Under the pieces are notes generated by a model, which did not search any database, had not been told where the DNA came from, and saw only the letters and a program-made list of their open reading frames with translations. Position numbers and translations under genes: made by a program. Shown here piece after piece: positions 9,183-18,199 of a stretch of 64,000 bases of DNA. Source of the stretch: an uncultured Bacteroidota bacterium (GTDB taxonomy: Bacteria > Bacteroidota > Bacteroidia > Bacteroidales > VadinHA17). The DNA lies in the NCBI GenBank assembly GCA_937864815.1, contig CALMJY010000238.1, positions 20,477-84,476 on the forward strand, in the 5' to 3' direction. How positions within the stretch are numbered: the first letter of the stretch is position 1; every line of letters starts with the position of its first letter.

Positions 9183-11096
9183 ATGAAATCCTTAATCCAA
9201 TTTTTTGAAGAGAGCGTTGAAAAGTTCAGTAGCAACGTCTACTTGTGGGAAAAACCAAATGAGCGGTATGAAGGCACAACATATGGTGAAACAAAAAAAC
9301 AGGTATATGAGTTTGCTGCCGGGCTAACGAGACTTGGGATTAACAAGGGAGACAGGCTGAGTCTCATATCAGAAGGACGAAACAGCTGGGTTATCGGAGA
9401 ACTTGGCATACTTTATACCGGGGCAATCAATGTGCCATTATCAGTCAAACTTAATCCGGAAGAGATAAAATTCAGGATAAATCATTCAGGATCAAGGATG
9501 ATTCTTGTTTCATCCAACCAGGCCATAAAACTCAGGGAGGTAATTGATGGTTGCCCTACAATTGAAAAAATCATCCACTTTGATACACAGGAGGAATATT
9601 CAGCAAACGAGATCCATTTCAACGAGGTAAGAAAACTGGGGCGTGAATGGCTGGATATGCCCGGCAGCATGGAAAGCTTTGAAAAGCTTTTCAAAAGCAT
9701 TTTGCCATCTGATTTTGCAAATATTTGCTATACATCAGGGACAACAGCTGATCCCAAAGGTATTATCCTGACGCACGGAAACTATGTGACAAATGTATAC
9801 CAGGCGTACAGCTTGATTGATATCCCATCATTCTATAAAACATTACTCATTCTTCCATGGGACCATTCATTTGGTCATACCTGCGGAATATTTGCTTTCA
9901 TGGGCAAGGGAGCCAGTATCGCATCTGTAAAGACAGGAAAAACTCCTATGGAGACCCTCCGTAACCTTCCTGCATGTCTGAAGGAAATTAAGCCCAACAT
10001 GCTGATGAGCGTTCCTGCTATAGCAAAGAACTTCAGAAAAAATATTGAGAAAGGGATAAAGGAAAAAGGAGCATTAATCGAATTTCTTTTTAATCATGCA
10101 TTGAAAATCTCTTATTCCTACAATAAGGAGGGTTGGAATAAAGGGAGTGGTATTCAGAAACTGAAAAAGCCTCTTCTGAGGCTTTATGATAAAATCCTGT
10201 TCTCTAAGATCAGGGAAGCATATGGAGGTGAACTGGATTATTTCATTGGTGGTGGTGCACTGCTGGATATTGAACTCCAAAGGTTTTTTTATGCCCTCGG
10301 AATTCCCATGTTCCAGGGCTATGGACTAAGTGAGGCATCACCTGTGATTTCATCAAATTCTGCAGGAAGACACAAACTGGGATCATCCGGAGTTCTCGTC
10401 AATAATATGGATCTAAAAATCTGTGATGATGACGGCAATGAGCTTCCGGCAGAACAAAAAGGTGAAATTGTGATAAGAGGAGGCAATGTTATGCACGGTT
10501 ACTGGAAAAATGAAAATGCTACAAAGGATACAATTAAGGATGGCTGGCTCTACACAGGTGATATGGGATTTATGTCACCCGATGGATTTCTTTATGTACT
10601 TGGCAGATTCAAGAGTCTTCTTATAGCTGATGACGGTGAGAAATTCAGCCCGGAAGGTATTGAGGAGGCCATTTCCGAGCAATCAAAGTATATCGATCAG
10701 TGCATGCTCTACAATAATCAGAAACCATATACAGTAGCTCTGGTGGTTCCAAATCAGCACGCCCTTAAAGTTTACCTTGAGGAGAAAAATCTGACCGCTG
10801 ATTCGGATGAAGGAAAAAGGGCTGTTATTATACTGATTGAAAATGAAATCAATGAATACAGAATTAACGGAAAATATGGTAATATGTTTCCGCAGAGATG
10901 GCTTCCTGTTGCCATAGGTATTCTCGAACAAAGCTTTACTGAAGATAATGGTCTGATGAACTCAACTATGAAAATCGTCCGTGGTAAAATAATGGAGAAA
11001 TACCAGGATCTGATAGACTACCTTTATACCCCTGATGCAAAAGTAGTTACAAACGAAAGAAATATCGAGGAAGTTGAAAAGATGAAGCTCGGGTAA
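9183..11096 (+). CDS. long-chain acyl-CoA synthetase (AMP-forming)
   Basis: AMP-binding motif YTSGTTADPKGIILTH and later GWLYTGDMG. The 637-aa length is typical of FACS-type ligases. Confidence 0.85.
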   Translation: MKSLIQFFEESVEKFSSNVYLWEKPNERYEGTTYGETKKQVYEFAAGLTRLGINKGDRLSLISEGRNSWVIGELGILYTGAINVPLSVKLNPEEIKFRINHSGSRMILVSSNQAIKLREVIDGCPTIEKIIHFDTQEEYSANEIHFNEVRKLGREWLDMPGSMESFEKLFKSILPSDFANICYTSGTTADPKGIILTHGNYVTNVYQAYSLIDIPSFYKTLLILPWDHSFGHTCGIFAFMGKGASIASVKTGKTPMETLRNLPACLKEIKPNMLMSVPAIAKNFRKNIEKGIKEKGALIEFLFNHALKISYSYNKEGWNKGSGIQKLKKPLLRLYDKILFSKIREAYGGELDYFIGGGALLDIELQRFFYALGIPMFQGYGLSEASPVISSNSAGRHKLGSSGVLVNNMDLKICDDDGNELPAEQKGEIVIRGGNVMHGYWKNENATKDTIKDGWLYTGDMGFMSPDGFLYVLGRFKSLLIADDGEKFSPEGIEEAISEQSKYIDQCMLYNNQKPYTVALVVPNQHALKVYLEEKNLTADSDEGKRAVIILIENEINEYRINGKYGNMFPQRWLPVAIGILEQSFTEDNGLMNSTMKIVRGKIMEKYQDLIDYLYTPDAKVVTNERNIEEVEKMKLG

Positions 11097-11127
11097 CATT
11101 AACGGGAATATATCTGCCTTAAGAAAA

Positions 11128-13605
11128 ATGAAATCGAATATTGCAATAGTAACTATTGTCTTTTTTCTATTTTGCCAGTCATGCAACTATGGCAGGAAAA
11201 AAGCTCTTGCAGAATGGAAAATCTCTGAAAATCCTCTTTTGACTGAATGGGCACTTCAGGTCGATCCTGCATTGCCATGGACTGAGTATCCCCGTCCTGA
11301 TGCAAGGAGAGAAGAATGGGTAAATCTGAATGGTTTATGGGACTATGCAATTACCGAAAGGAATACCAGACCTGATAAGTGGGATGGAAAAATTCTTGTC
11401 CCCTACCCTGTTGAATCAGCACTTTCAGGAGTGAAGAAACGTGTCAGTGAAAATGAAAACTTATGGTACAGACGTACTTTTAAAATACCCAAATCATGGA
11501 AGGGGGACCAGGTACTTCTGAATTTTGAGGCATCGGACTGGGAAACAATAGTTTATATTGACGGTCAGGAAGCAGGAAGGCATAGAGGCGGATATGATCC
11601 TTTCTCGATTAATATTACCGGGCATCTTGAGCGAAGAAAGAACCATGAACTAATGGTTTGCATCTGGGATCCTACTGATAAGGGAACGCAGCCCAGGGGT
11701 AAACAGGTATCTGAACCCCGGGGTATCTGGTATACCCCAACTACAGGCATCTGGCAGACTGTCTGGATAGAACCGGTACAAAAATCATATATAGCTTCCT
11801 ACAGGAGTGTTTGCGATATTGAAACCGGTACTGTTTCCTTTTCTGCTGAAGTAATTAATCCTGATAATAACAAAATAAAGATATCCATTCTAAACGAAGA
11901 TGGCTTAATTGCAAGTGAATCAGGCAACTGCAGTGATATTATTACTTTAAACATTCCTGATCCAAAGCTTTGGACTCCTGATAGTCCATATTTGTACTCA
12001 GTCTTGATAGAACTAACAGATGGGGATAGATCTATAGATAAATTATCAGGATTTACTGGGCTTAGAAAGATTTCCCTGGGAAAAACTCCGGACGGATTCA
12101 AAAGGATTCAGCTCAATAACAAATTTGTTTATCAGAACGGCCCGCTCGATCAGGGATTCTGGCCTGATGGTATTTATACCCCACCTTCTGAACAGGCCAT
12201 GGTCTATGATCTCGAAATGACAAAAAAAATGGGCTTCAATATGTTACGGAAACATGTCAAGGTGGAGAACAGGATTTTTTATCACTGGTGCGACAGGATG
12301 GGAATACTTGTCTGGCAGGATATGCCGAGCGGTGACGAATATATATCCGGTGATCAGCCTGACATTACAAAATCTCAGGAATCGGCGGAACAATTTGAAT
12401 ATGAGCTTAAAAGGTTGATAGAAACAAAATATAATCACCCTTCTATCGTAATGTGGGTCCCGTTTAATGAGGGATGGGGGCAATTTGATACAGAAAGGAT
12501 TACAAAACTAGTTAAGGATTATGACTCGACTCGGCTTGTTAACAGTTCGTCGGGATGGACTGACAGGGGCACTGGCGATATAAATGATATTCATCACTAT
12601 CCCGATCCTGCCATCCCTCCTGCTGAAAATAACAGAGCAATTGTACTTGGAGAATTCGGAGGTCTTGGCCTTCCAGTGGTGGGACATACATGGGAACAAC
12701 ACAACTGGGGCTACAGGAATATGGACGATTCAGTCCAGCTACTATCAAAATATGAGTCTTATTATGATCAGGTTTACAGGTTTGTTAAGGATTATGGACT
12801 CAGTGCCACAGTTTATACCCAGACAACCGATGTTGAGACAGAAACCAATGGACTGATGACATATGACAGAAAAATAAACAAGATGGGAATTGAAAACGTA
12901 TATAAAGCAAACAACAATTTGATTCCTCCGGATATTGACTCTCCTGTCAGAATATTTACCGATTCTTATACTATAACTCTTTCCAATTTCAGGTCTGGCG
13001 GAAAGATATTCTTTACTACAGACGGAACTGAACCTCTGCCCAGTTCAAAAATATTCACTGAACCGGTAAAGATCTCCGAAACAACTGTCATCAAAGCCTT
13101 TACGCAATGGGATGATATTAGCAGCAGGACTGCAACTATGTTAATTGAAAAGAAAACTGCCATTCCTGCAATGGAAGTATATGACCTTAAGTCAGGTCTT
13201 ATTGCGTCAGTTTTCTATGGTGAATTTGACAGGCTGCCTGAATTTCATGAACTCAGGCCGGCCTTTAAGAAAACTGTCACAGAGATATCACATACGCTTG
13301 CAAAAAGAGATTCCTTTTTTGCTATCGAATATGAGGGATATTTTCTTATTCCCGCTGATGATGTCTATGGCATTTCATTGATCTCAGATGACGGAAGCCG
13401 GCTGTTTCTTAATGGCACTGAGATAATTACCAATGATGGCATACATGGCATGAAGGAAGAGGGTGGATACTACCCTCTCGGAAAGGGATACCATAAGATC
13501 AGGCTTGAATATTTTCAGAGAGAGGGAGGACTTGGCTTAAGACTTCTTCTGGAAATACCCGGACATCAGAAATCAAATATTCCTGAGCCCTGGCTGATGC
13601 ATTGA
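11128..13605 (+). CDS. glycoside hydrolase family 2 lipoprotein with C-terminal PA14 domain
   Basis: Lipobox (FLFCQSC). GH2 sugar-binding and TIM-barrel motifs (NHPSIVMWVPFNEGWG). A chitobiase-C-like module (IFFTTDGTEP) and a PA14-like end (YEGYFLIPADDVYGISLISDDGSRLFLNG). Confidence 0.8.
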   Translation: MKSNIAIVTIVFFLFCQSCNYGRKKALAEWKISENPLLTEWALQVDPALPWTEYPRPDARREEWVNLNGLWDYAITERNTRPDKWDGKILVPYPVESALSGVKKRVSENENLWYRRTFKIPKSWKGDQVLLNFEASDWETIVYIDGQEAGRHRGGYDPFSINITGHLERRKNHELMVCIWDPTDKGTQPRGKQVSEPRGIWYTPTTGIWQTVWIEPVQKSYIASYRSVCDIETGTVSFSAEVINPDNNKIKISILNEDGLIASESGNCSDIITLNIPDPKLWTPDSPYLYSVLIELTDGDRSIDKLSGFTGLRKISLGKTPDGFKRIQLNNKFVYQNGPLDQGFWPDGIYTPPSEQAMVYDLEMTKKMGFNMLRKHVKVENRIFYHWCDRMGILVWQDMPSGDEYISGDQPDITKSQESAEQFEYELKRLIETKYNHPSIVMWVPFNEGWGQFDTERITKLVKDYDSTRLVNSSSGWTDRGTGDINDIHHYPDPAIPPAENNRAIVLGEFGGLGLPVVGHTWEQHNWGYRNMDDSVQLLSKYESYYDQVYRFVKDYGLSATVYTQTTDVETETNGLMTYDRKINKMGIENVYKANNNLIPPDIDSPVRIFTDSYTITLSNFRSGGKIFFTTDGTEPLPSSKIFTEPVKISETTVIKAFTQWDDISSRTATMLIEKKTAIPAMEVYDLKSGLIASVFYGEFDRLPEFHELRPAFKKTVTEISHTLAKRDSFFAIEYEGYFLIPADDVYGISLISDDGSRLFLNGTEIITNDGIHGMKEEGGYYPLGKGYHKIRLEYFQREGGLGLRLLLEIPGHQKSNIPEPWLMH

Positions 13606-13675
13606 TACCAAAAATATCTCCGATAATAGAATCAATTATATTTTAATCTTTATATACTACTGTATTTCAGATAGT

Positions 13676-13706
13676 TGAATGTTTGTTTTCACATTCATTT
13701 CATTTT
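13676..13706 (+). terminator. putative intrinsic terminator after the GH2 gene
   Basis: 7-bp stem TGAATGT/ACATTCA with an 8-nt loop, followed by TTTCATTTT. Confidence 0.45.
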
Positions 13707-13752
13707 CATCGATTAAATGATACTTAAAAGCTTTTAAGTATAATAATTATGC

Positions 13753-13760
13753 TACATTTG
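13753..13760 (+). promoter_or_regulatory. Bacteroidota -7 box (TACATTTG) for pepD
   Basis: Exact TAnnTTTG match, 32 nt upstream of the ATG at 13793. Confidence 0.5.
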
Positions 13761-13792
13761 ACGATTATTTTTTAAGGGGAATATTTTTTCAT

Positions 13793-15256
13793 ATGGGGAT
13801 TCTGAGCGAATTACAACCTGGAGCAATATGGCGGCATTTTGAGGAGATCTGCAATATACCAAGAACATCCAGGAACGAGGGAAAGATACGAAGATATTTG
13901 CTGGACTTTGCAGCTAAAAATAATCTTGAATCGAAGGAAGATGCTGTTGGCAACATACTAATAACAAGACACCCATTCCCCGGAATGGAGAATATTAAAA
14001 CTGTTGTACTTCAGAGTCATATGGATATGGTAGGCGAAAAAAATGCCGACCATCCTCACAACTGGAAAACCGATCCGATTATACCGGTTATAATAGATGG
14101 ATGGGTTACAGCATCTGGTACAACCCTGGGAGCTGATGATGGTATTGGCATTGCTGCCCAGATGGCAATTCTGACTGACAAAGATCTTAAAACCGGAAGA
14201 ATAGAATGTCTTTTTACGGTTGATGAAGAGTCAGGGATGACCGGAGCAATCAATCTGAAACCTGATTTTTTTACAGGCAGAACACTACTTAATCTCGATT
14301 CTGAAGATGAAGGTATTCTTTATATTGGTTGTGCCGGAGGAATGGATACTTTAGGTATTGTTAATTATAAACAGGTACCTGTAAGAAGCAACTGCTGTGC
14401 ATTAGAATTATCTGTTACAGGTTTGCGCGGAGGACACTCAGGTGACGAGATCCACAAAGGTCTGGGTAATGCTGTGAAGATAATGAACAGCCTGCTGATG
14501 AGTCTCAGCAAATCATATGAAATCAACCTTTCACATCTTGACGCAGGGAACCTCAGAAATGCAATACCCCGCGAAGCATTTGCATTAATTGTTGCAGATA
14601 TTTCAGACAGGGAAGAAATTGTGAAATCTGTAAATGAATTCTTTAACTTTCAGTCGGATGAGTTTGGTGAAACAGAGAAGGAATTGAAGATTTCAGTATC
14701 TGAGGCAGACATGCCGGATTATACTATGGATGCTGACAGTCAGGCAAAACTGACTGATGCTCTGGATTGCTGTCCGCACGGAGTAATTGCATGGTCAAAG
14801 GATATGTCAGATCTTGTAGAAACATCCACAAATCTGGCCTCGGTAAAGTTTGCTGAAAATAACAGCATAATAATTGTAACCACCCAGAGAAGTTCAGTAG
14901 AAGCAGCCAAGCGGGAAACTGCAGCCAAGGTGGTCAGGTGCCTTCACAGGGCCAGGGCTGATATTAAACACTCTGACGGCTATCCTGGCTGGAAACCTGA
15001 CATGTCATCTGAAATTCTGAGAATTACAAGAGATTCCTACAAGAACCTCTTTGGAAAGGAACCGGTTGTAAGGGCAATCCATGCAGGACTTGAATGCGGA
15101 CTAATACATGAAACCTTCAAGGGTATAGACATGATATCATTCGGTCCTACCATCAGAGGGGCGCATACACCTGAAGAAAAGATAGATGTAGCCTCAACAC
15201 AGTTATTCTGGACACTTCTGACTGATGTGATTCGAAGTATGCCTGAAAAAGTTTAA
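13793..15256 (+). CDS. pepD: aminoacyl-histidine (Xaa-His) dipeptidase, M20 family
   Basis: PepD pattern: IWRHFEEICNIPRTS, LQSHMDMV, GADDGIGIA, FTVDEESGMTGA. Length is 487 aa. Confidence 0.9.
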   Translation: MGILSELQPGAIWRHFEEICNIPRTSRNEGKIRRYLLDFAAKNNLESKEDAVGNILITRHPFPGMENIKTVVLQSHMDMVGEKNADHPHNWKTDPIIPVIIDGWVTASGTTLGADDGIGIAAQMAILTDKDLKTGRIECLFTVDEESGMTGAINLKPDFFTGRTLLNLDSEDEGILYIGCAGGMDTLGIVNYKQVPVRSNCCALELSVTGLRGGHSGDEIHKGLGNAVKIMNSLLMSLSKSYEINLSHLDAGNLRNAIPREAFALIVADISDREEIVKSVNEFFNFQSDEFGETEKELKISVSEADMPDYTMDADSQAKLTDALDCCPHGVIAWSKDMSDLVETSTNLASVKFAENNSIIIVTTQRSSVEAAKRETAAKVVRCLHRARADIKHSDGYPGWKPDMSSEILRITRDSYKNLFGKEPVVRAIHAGLECGLIHETFKGIDMISFGPTIRGAHTPEEKIDVASTQLFWTLLTDVIRSMPEKV

Positions 15257-15285
15257 TTCAGGTATATACAGGAAGTCATAACTGT

Positions 15286-15441
15286 TTAATTGTATTCCAG
15301 AAATTCATCTTTTGAAGCTCCGCATATAGGACATAAGTAATCATCCGGAAGCTCACTGAACTTTATGCCAGGTTCGATGCCTCCTTCAGGATCGCCCAAC
15401 TCGGGATCATATATATATCCGCAAACAATGCATTTATACAT
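15286..15441 (-). CDS. rd: rubredoxin (51 aa, below ORF-track size cutoff)
   Basis: Manual translation gives [51 protein letters not shown]. It carries the two canonical CxxCG knuckles. Confidence 0.9.
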   Translation of the reverse strand: MYKCIVCGYIYDPELGDPEGGIEPGIKFSELPDDYLCPICGASKDEFLEYN

Positions 15442-15498
15442 AGTTATTCTGGTTTTGGTATTGTAAATTTAATATTTACTTTATTTCAACTAATGAAT

Positions 15499-15909
15499 TT
15501 ACTCTTGTTTATGCTCACATACTTCAATCAGAACCCCGGCAGTGGATTTCGGATGAAGGAATGCAATATCCAGTCCGTCTGCACCTTTTCTTGGTTTGCT
15601 GTCTATAAGTCTGATACCCGATTTCTCGGCTTCGATTAATCCCTCCTCGATATTTTCAACTGCAAATGCAATATGATGTATTCCCTCACCTTTATTTTCA
15701 ATAAATTTACCCACAGGTCCTTCAGGATCAGTAGATTCCAGTAGTTCAATTTTGGTCTGACCTATCATGAAAAATGCAGTTCGGACTTTCTGATCAGCAA
15801 CTTCCTCTATTTTATAACACCTGAGGCCAAAGGTATTTTCATATAAGCTTATTGCATTCTCAAGATTTCTGACGGCAATGCCGATGTGTTCAATATGAGT
15901 TGGTTTCAT
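15499..15909 (-). CDS. mce: methylmalonyl-CoA epimerase (VOC/glyoxalase fold)
   Basis: 136 aa. IEHIGIAVRNLENAISLYENTFG...GEGIHHIAFAV...AFLHPKSTAGVLIE matches the epimerase subfamily pattern. Confidence 0.8.
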   Translation of the reverse strand: MKPTHIEHIGIAVRNLENAISLYENTFGLRCYKIEEVADQKVRTAFFMIGQTKIELLESTDPEGPVGKFIENKGEGIHHIAFAVENIEEGLIEAEKSGIRLIDSKPRKGADGLDIAFLHPKSTAGVLIEVCEHKQE

Positions 15910-16012
15910 AATAATACCCGATTTTAATACAAAGTTATGTTACATGAGCAAAGCAGGAAACGACAAATATCATATTTGAAATATATTTTAATTTCTGAAA
16001 GATTCTATGTAG

Positions 16013-16020
16013 TATATTTG
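16013..16020 (+). promoter_or_regulatory. Bacteroidota -7 box (TATATTTG) for the lar operon
   Basis: Exact TAnnTTTG match, 95 nt upstream of the larC ATG. The leader contains a bulged hairpin (CTTCAGTTCA...TGAACTATTGAAG). Confidence 0.4.
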
Positions 16021-16115
16021 CAGGCGGTGTACTTCAGTTCATGATAATTGAAATTCCTGAACTATTGAAGGATTAAATTGTTTACAAAATTACAGTCTGT
16101 CATCAAATCAGTATT

Positions 16116-17294
16116 ATGAAGGTTTTAAGCTATGAGTGCTTCTCCGGCATAAGCGGAGATATGAATCTGGGAGCCATGATTGACCTTGGAGTTGATAAGG
16201 ATTTTCTTATAGGTGAATTGAATAAGCTGAATCTGAAGGGATGGGAACTGGTAGTACAAAAGGAACAACGTCACGGGATGTACGGTACAAAGGTTACTGT
16301 ACGTCAAACCAGGCACCAACATGCTCACAGGCATTTATCTGATATTGAGAAGATTATAAATAATTCTTCTCTCGATAGCAAAGTAAAGGATCTCAGTATT
16401 AAGATCTTCATGAAAATAGCTGAAGCTGAAGCACATGTTCATGCAATTTCTATCGACAGGGTCCATTTTCATGAAGTAGGTGCCATTGATTCAATTATAG
16501 ATATTGTAGGTGCTGCTATCTGCTTCAATGTTATCAAGCCGGATGCAGTGCATGTTTCACCTCTTGAACTGGGCGGAGGATTTGTAAAATGTGACCATGG
16601 CAGGTTACCTGTACCTGCACCTGCAACAGCCGAAATAGTTAAAGGCATTCCTGTTAAAAAAGGAGGTGTAGATTTTGAAGCAACAACCCCAACTGGTGCG
16701 GCTATAATTTCAGCATTTGGAACACATTTCGGTTCGGACATTATTATTAAAACAGATAAAACCGGATACGGAGTTGGACATAAGGAACATCCCGATGTTC
16801 CTAACATGCTCAGGGTATCTCTGGGAGAGATAGTAACAAACCCGGAAACCGGGCACGACGCTATTCAGCTGGAATGTAACATTGATGACATGAATCCTGA
16901 ATTTTTTGATCACATTTCAGAGAAACTTTTTAAAGCCGGTGCAGCTGATGTATTTCTTTCCAGTATAATAATGAAAAAGGGACGTCCCGGCATTGTGCTC
17001 CATGTAATATGTGAAAACGAGGCAGCCGGTCAGCTTAAAAACATTATTTTCAGTGAATCAACTTCACTGGGAATACGAACATTCCCTTTCAGAAAAGATA
17101 CTTTAACCAGAAAACTGGAAAGTATCAATACTGTTTTGGGTGAAGTAAGGATTAAAAGATCATTTTATAACGGTGTGGAGGTTTCAGCAAAACCTGAATA
17201 TGATGACTGCAAAAGGATTGCTGAAGAAAAAGATATTCCGGTAAAGGAAGTATACAACAGGATTATGGCTGTCATAACGGGAATAAAAGCATAG
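16116..17294 (+). CDS. larC: nickel-pincer cofactor biosynthesis protein LarC (nickel insertion, DUF111 family)
   Basis: N-terminal CFSGISGDMNLGAMIDLGV, then HFHEVGAIDSIIDIVGAA and LPVPAPAT, the DUF111/LarC hallmarks. It is a single unsplit ORF. Confidence 0.88.
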   Translation: MKVLSYECFSGISGDMNLGAMIDLGVDKDFLIGELNKLNLKGWELVVQKEQRHGMYGTKVTVRQTRHQHAHRHLSDIEKIINNSSLDSKVKDLSIKIFMKIAEAEAHVHAISIDRVHFHEVGAIDSIIDIVGAAICFNVIKPDAVHVSPLELGGGFVKCDHGRLPVPAPATAEIVKGIPVKKGGVDFEATTPTGAAIISAFGTHFGSDIIIKTDKTGYGVGHKEHPDVPNMLRVSLGEIVTNPETGHDAIQLECNIDDMNPEFFDHISEKLFKAGAADVFLSSIIMKKGRPGIVLHVICENEAAGQLKNIIFSESTSLGIRTFPFRKDTLTRKLESINTVLGEVRIKRSFYNGVEVSAKPEYDDCKRIAEEKDIPVKEVYNRIMAVITGIKA

Positions 17295-17305
17295 GTCATA
17301 AGAAT

Positions 17306-17354
17306 GGCGACAGGCGACAGGTAACGGGCAACCGGAAACCGGAAATCGGAAATA
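17306..17354. repeat. heptanucleotide tandem array (GGCGACA, decaying to GGAAATC), about 7 units
   Basis: The sequence reads GGCGACA GGCGACA GGTAACG GGCAACC GGAAACC GGAAATC GGAAATA. It starts 11 nt after the larC stop codon. Confidence 0.85.
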
Positions 17355-17395
17355 TTAAAAGGTGCCTGGAAATTGATTAATCAGATTGAAGACAG

Positions 17396-18199
17396 ATGAC
17401 AGATAGCAAATTTGAAAAACTAAATAATATACTAAAGGTACTTGATTCGGCAGTAATTGCATTTTCAGGTGGTGTGGATAGTTCTTTTCTGCTCTACAGA
17501 GCCCATAAAATAAACAAATCAGGCTTTATTGCAGTTACTATCAAAACTCCTTATATCCCTGGACGCGAAATCACTGAAGCAACTGAATTTACAAAAAAAC
17601 ATGGGATCAGGCACACCATAATTGAAGTTAAATTCCCTGAAGTAATAAGACATAATCCTGTTGAGCGGTGCTATTTATGCAAGCAAACCCTTTTCAAACA
17701 AATATTTGAGTTTGCTGAAAAGCATAAATATAAACATATACTTGATGGATCAAATTCAGATGATTCAGGAGAATTCAGACCCGGAATGAGAGCTCTTAAG
17801 GAAATGGGTATAAGGAGCCCATTGCTGGAGTCTGGTATCACAAAAAGTGAAGTCAGGGAGATGTTGCGGAAGGAAGGTCTGAGTATATGGGATAAACCTG
17901 CAATGGCCTGTATTCTTACAAGAATACCATATAATACGGAGATCAAACATGAAATGCTCAGAATGATTGAGGAGGCAGAGAACTTATTATTTGAAAGAGG
18001 GTATCCCGGAACAAGGGTAAGGGTGCATGAGGATGTTGCCAGGATAGAGTGTCTCCCCGGATATCTCGAAAAACTAATACATAATCCTGAAAGAGAACAA
18101 ATTGTGGCTAAACTCAAAAAAATAGGTTTCAGATACATATCTTTGGATATGGAAGGATACAGAACAGGTAGTCTGAACCCTGAAAATATACAGCTATGA
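17396..18199 (+). CDS. larE: ATP-dependent sulfur transferase LarE (PP-loop ATP pyrophosphatase)
   Basis: PP-loop AFSGGVDSSFLL and active-site Cys context PAMACILTRIPY, plus an additional CYLC (CxxC) pair. Confidence 0.85.
   Translation: MTDSKFEKLNNILKVLDSAVIAFSGGVDSSFLLYRAHKINKSGFIAVTIKTPYIPGREITEATEFTKKHGIRHTIIEVKFPEVIRHNPVERCYLCKQTLFKQIFEFAEKHKYKHILDGSNSDDSGEFRPGMRALKEMGIRSPLLESGITKSEVREMLRKEGLSIWDKPAMACILTRIPYNTEIKHEMLRMIEEAENLLFERGYPGTRVRVHEDVARIECLPGYLEKLIHNPEREQIVAKLKKIGFRYISLDMEGYRTGSLNPENIQL

Noticed and set aside
11128-13605. GH2 gene as part of a polysaccharide utilisation locus
   Set aside because: No SusC/SusD-like pair or regulator is adjacent. The neighbours are an acyl-CoA ligase gene and pepD.
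15499-17294. Methylmalonyl-CoA epimerase as the missing NPN-dependent racemase/epimerase of the lar cluster
   Set aside because: It has a VOC fold that is metal-dependent without NPN. It is divergently transcribed from larC, and its sequence fits ordinary Mce.
17671-18138. 155-aa minus-strand ORF
   Set aside because: It is a shadow ORF antisense to larE.
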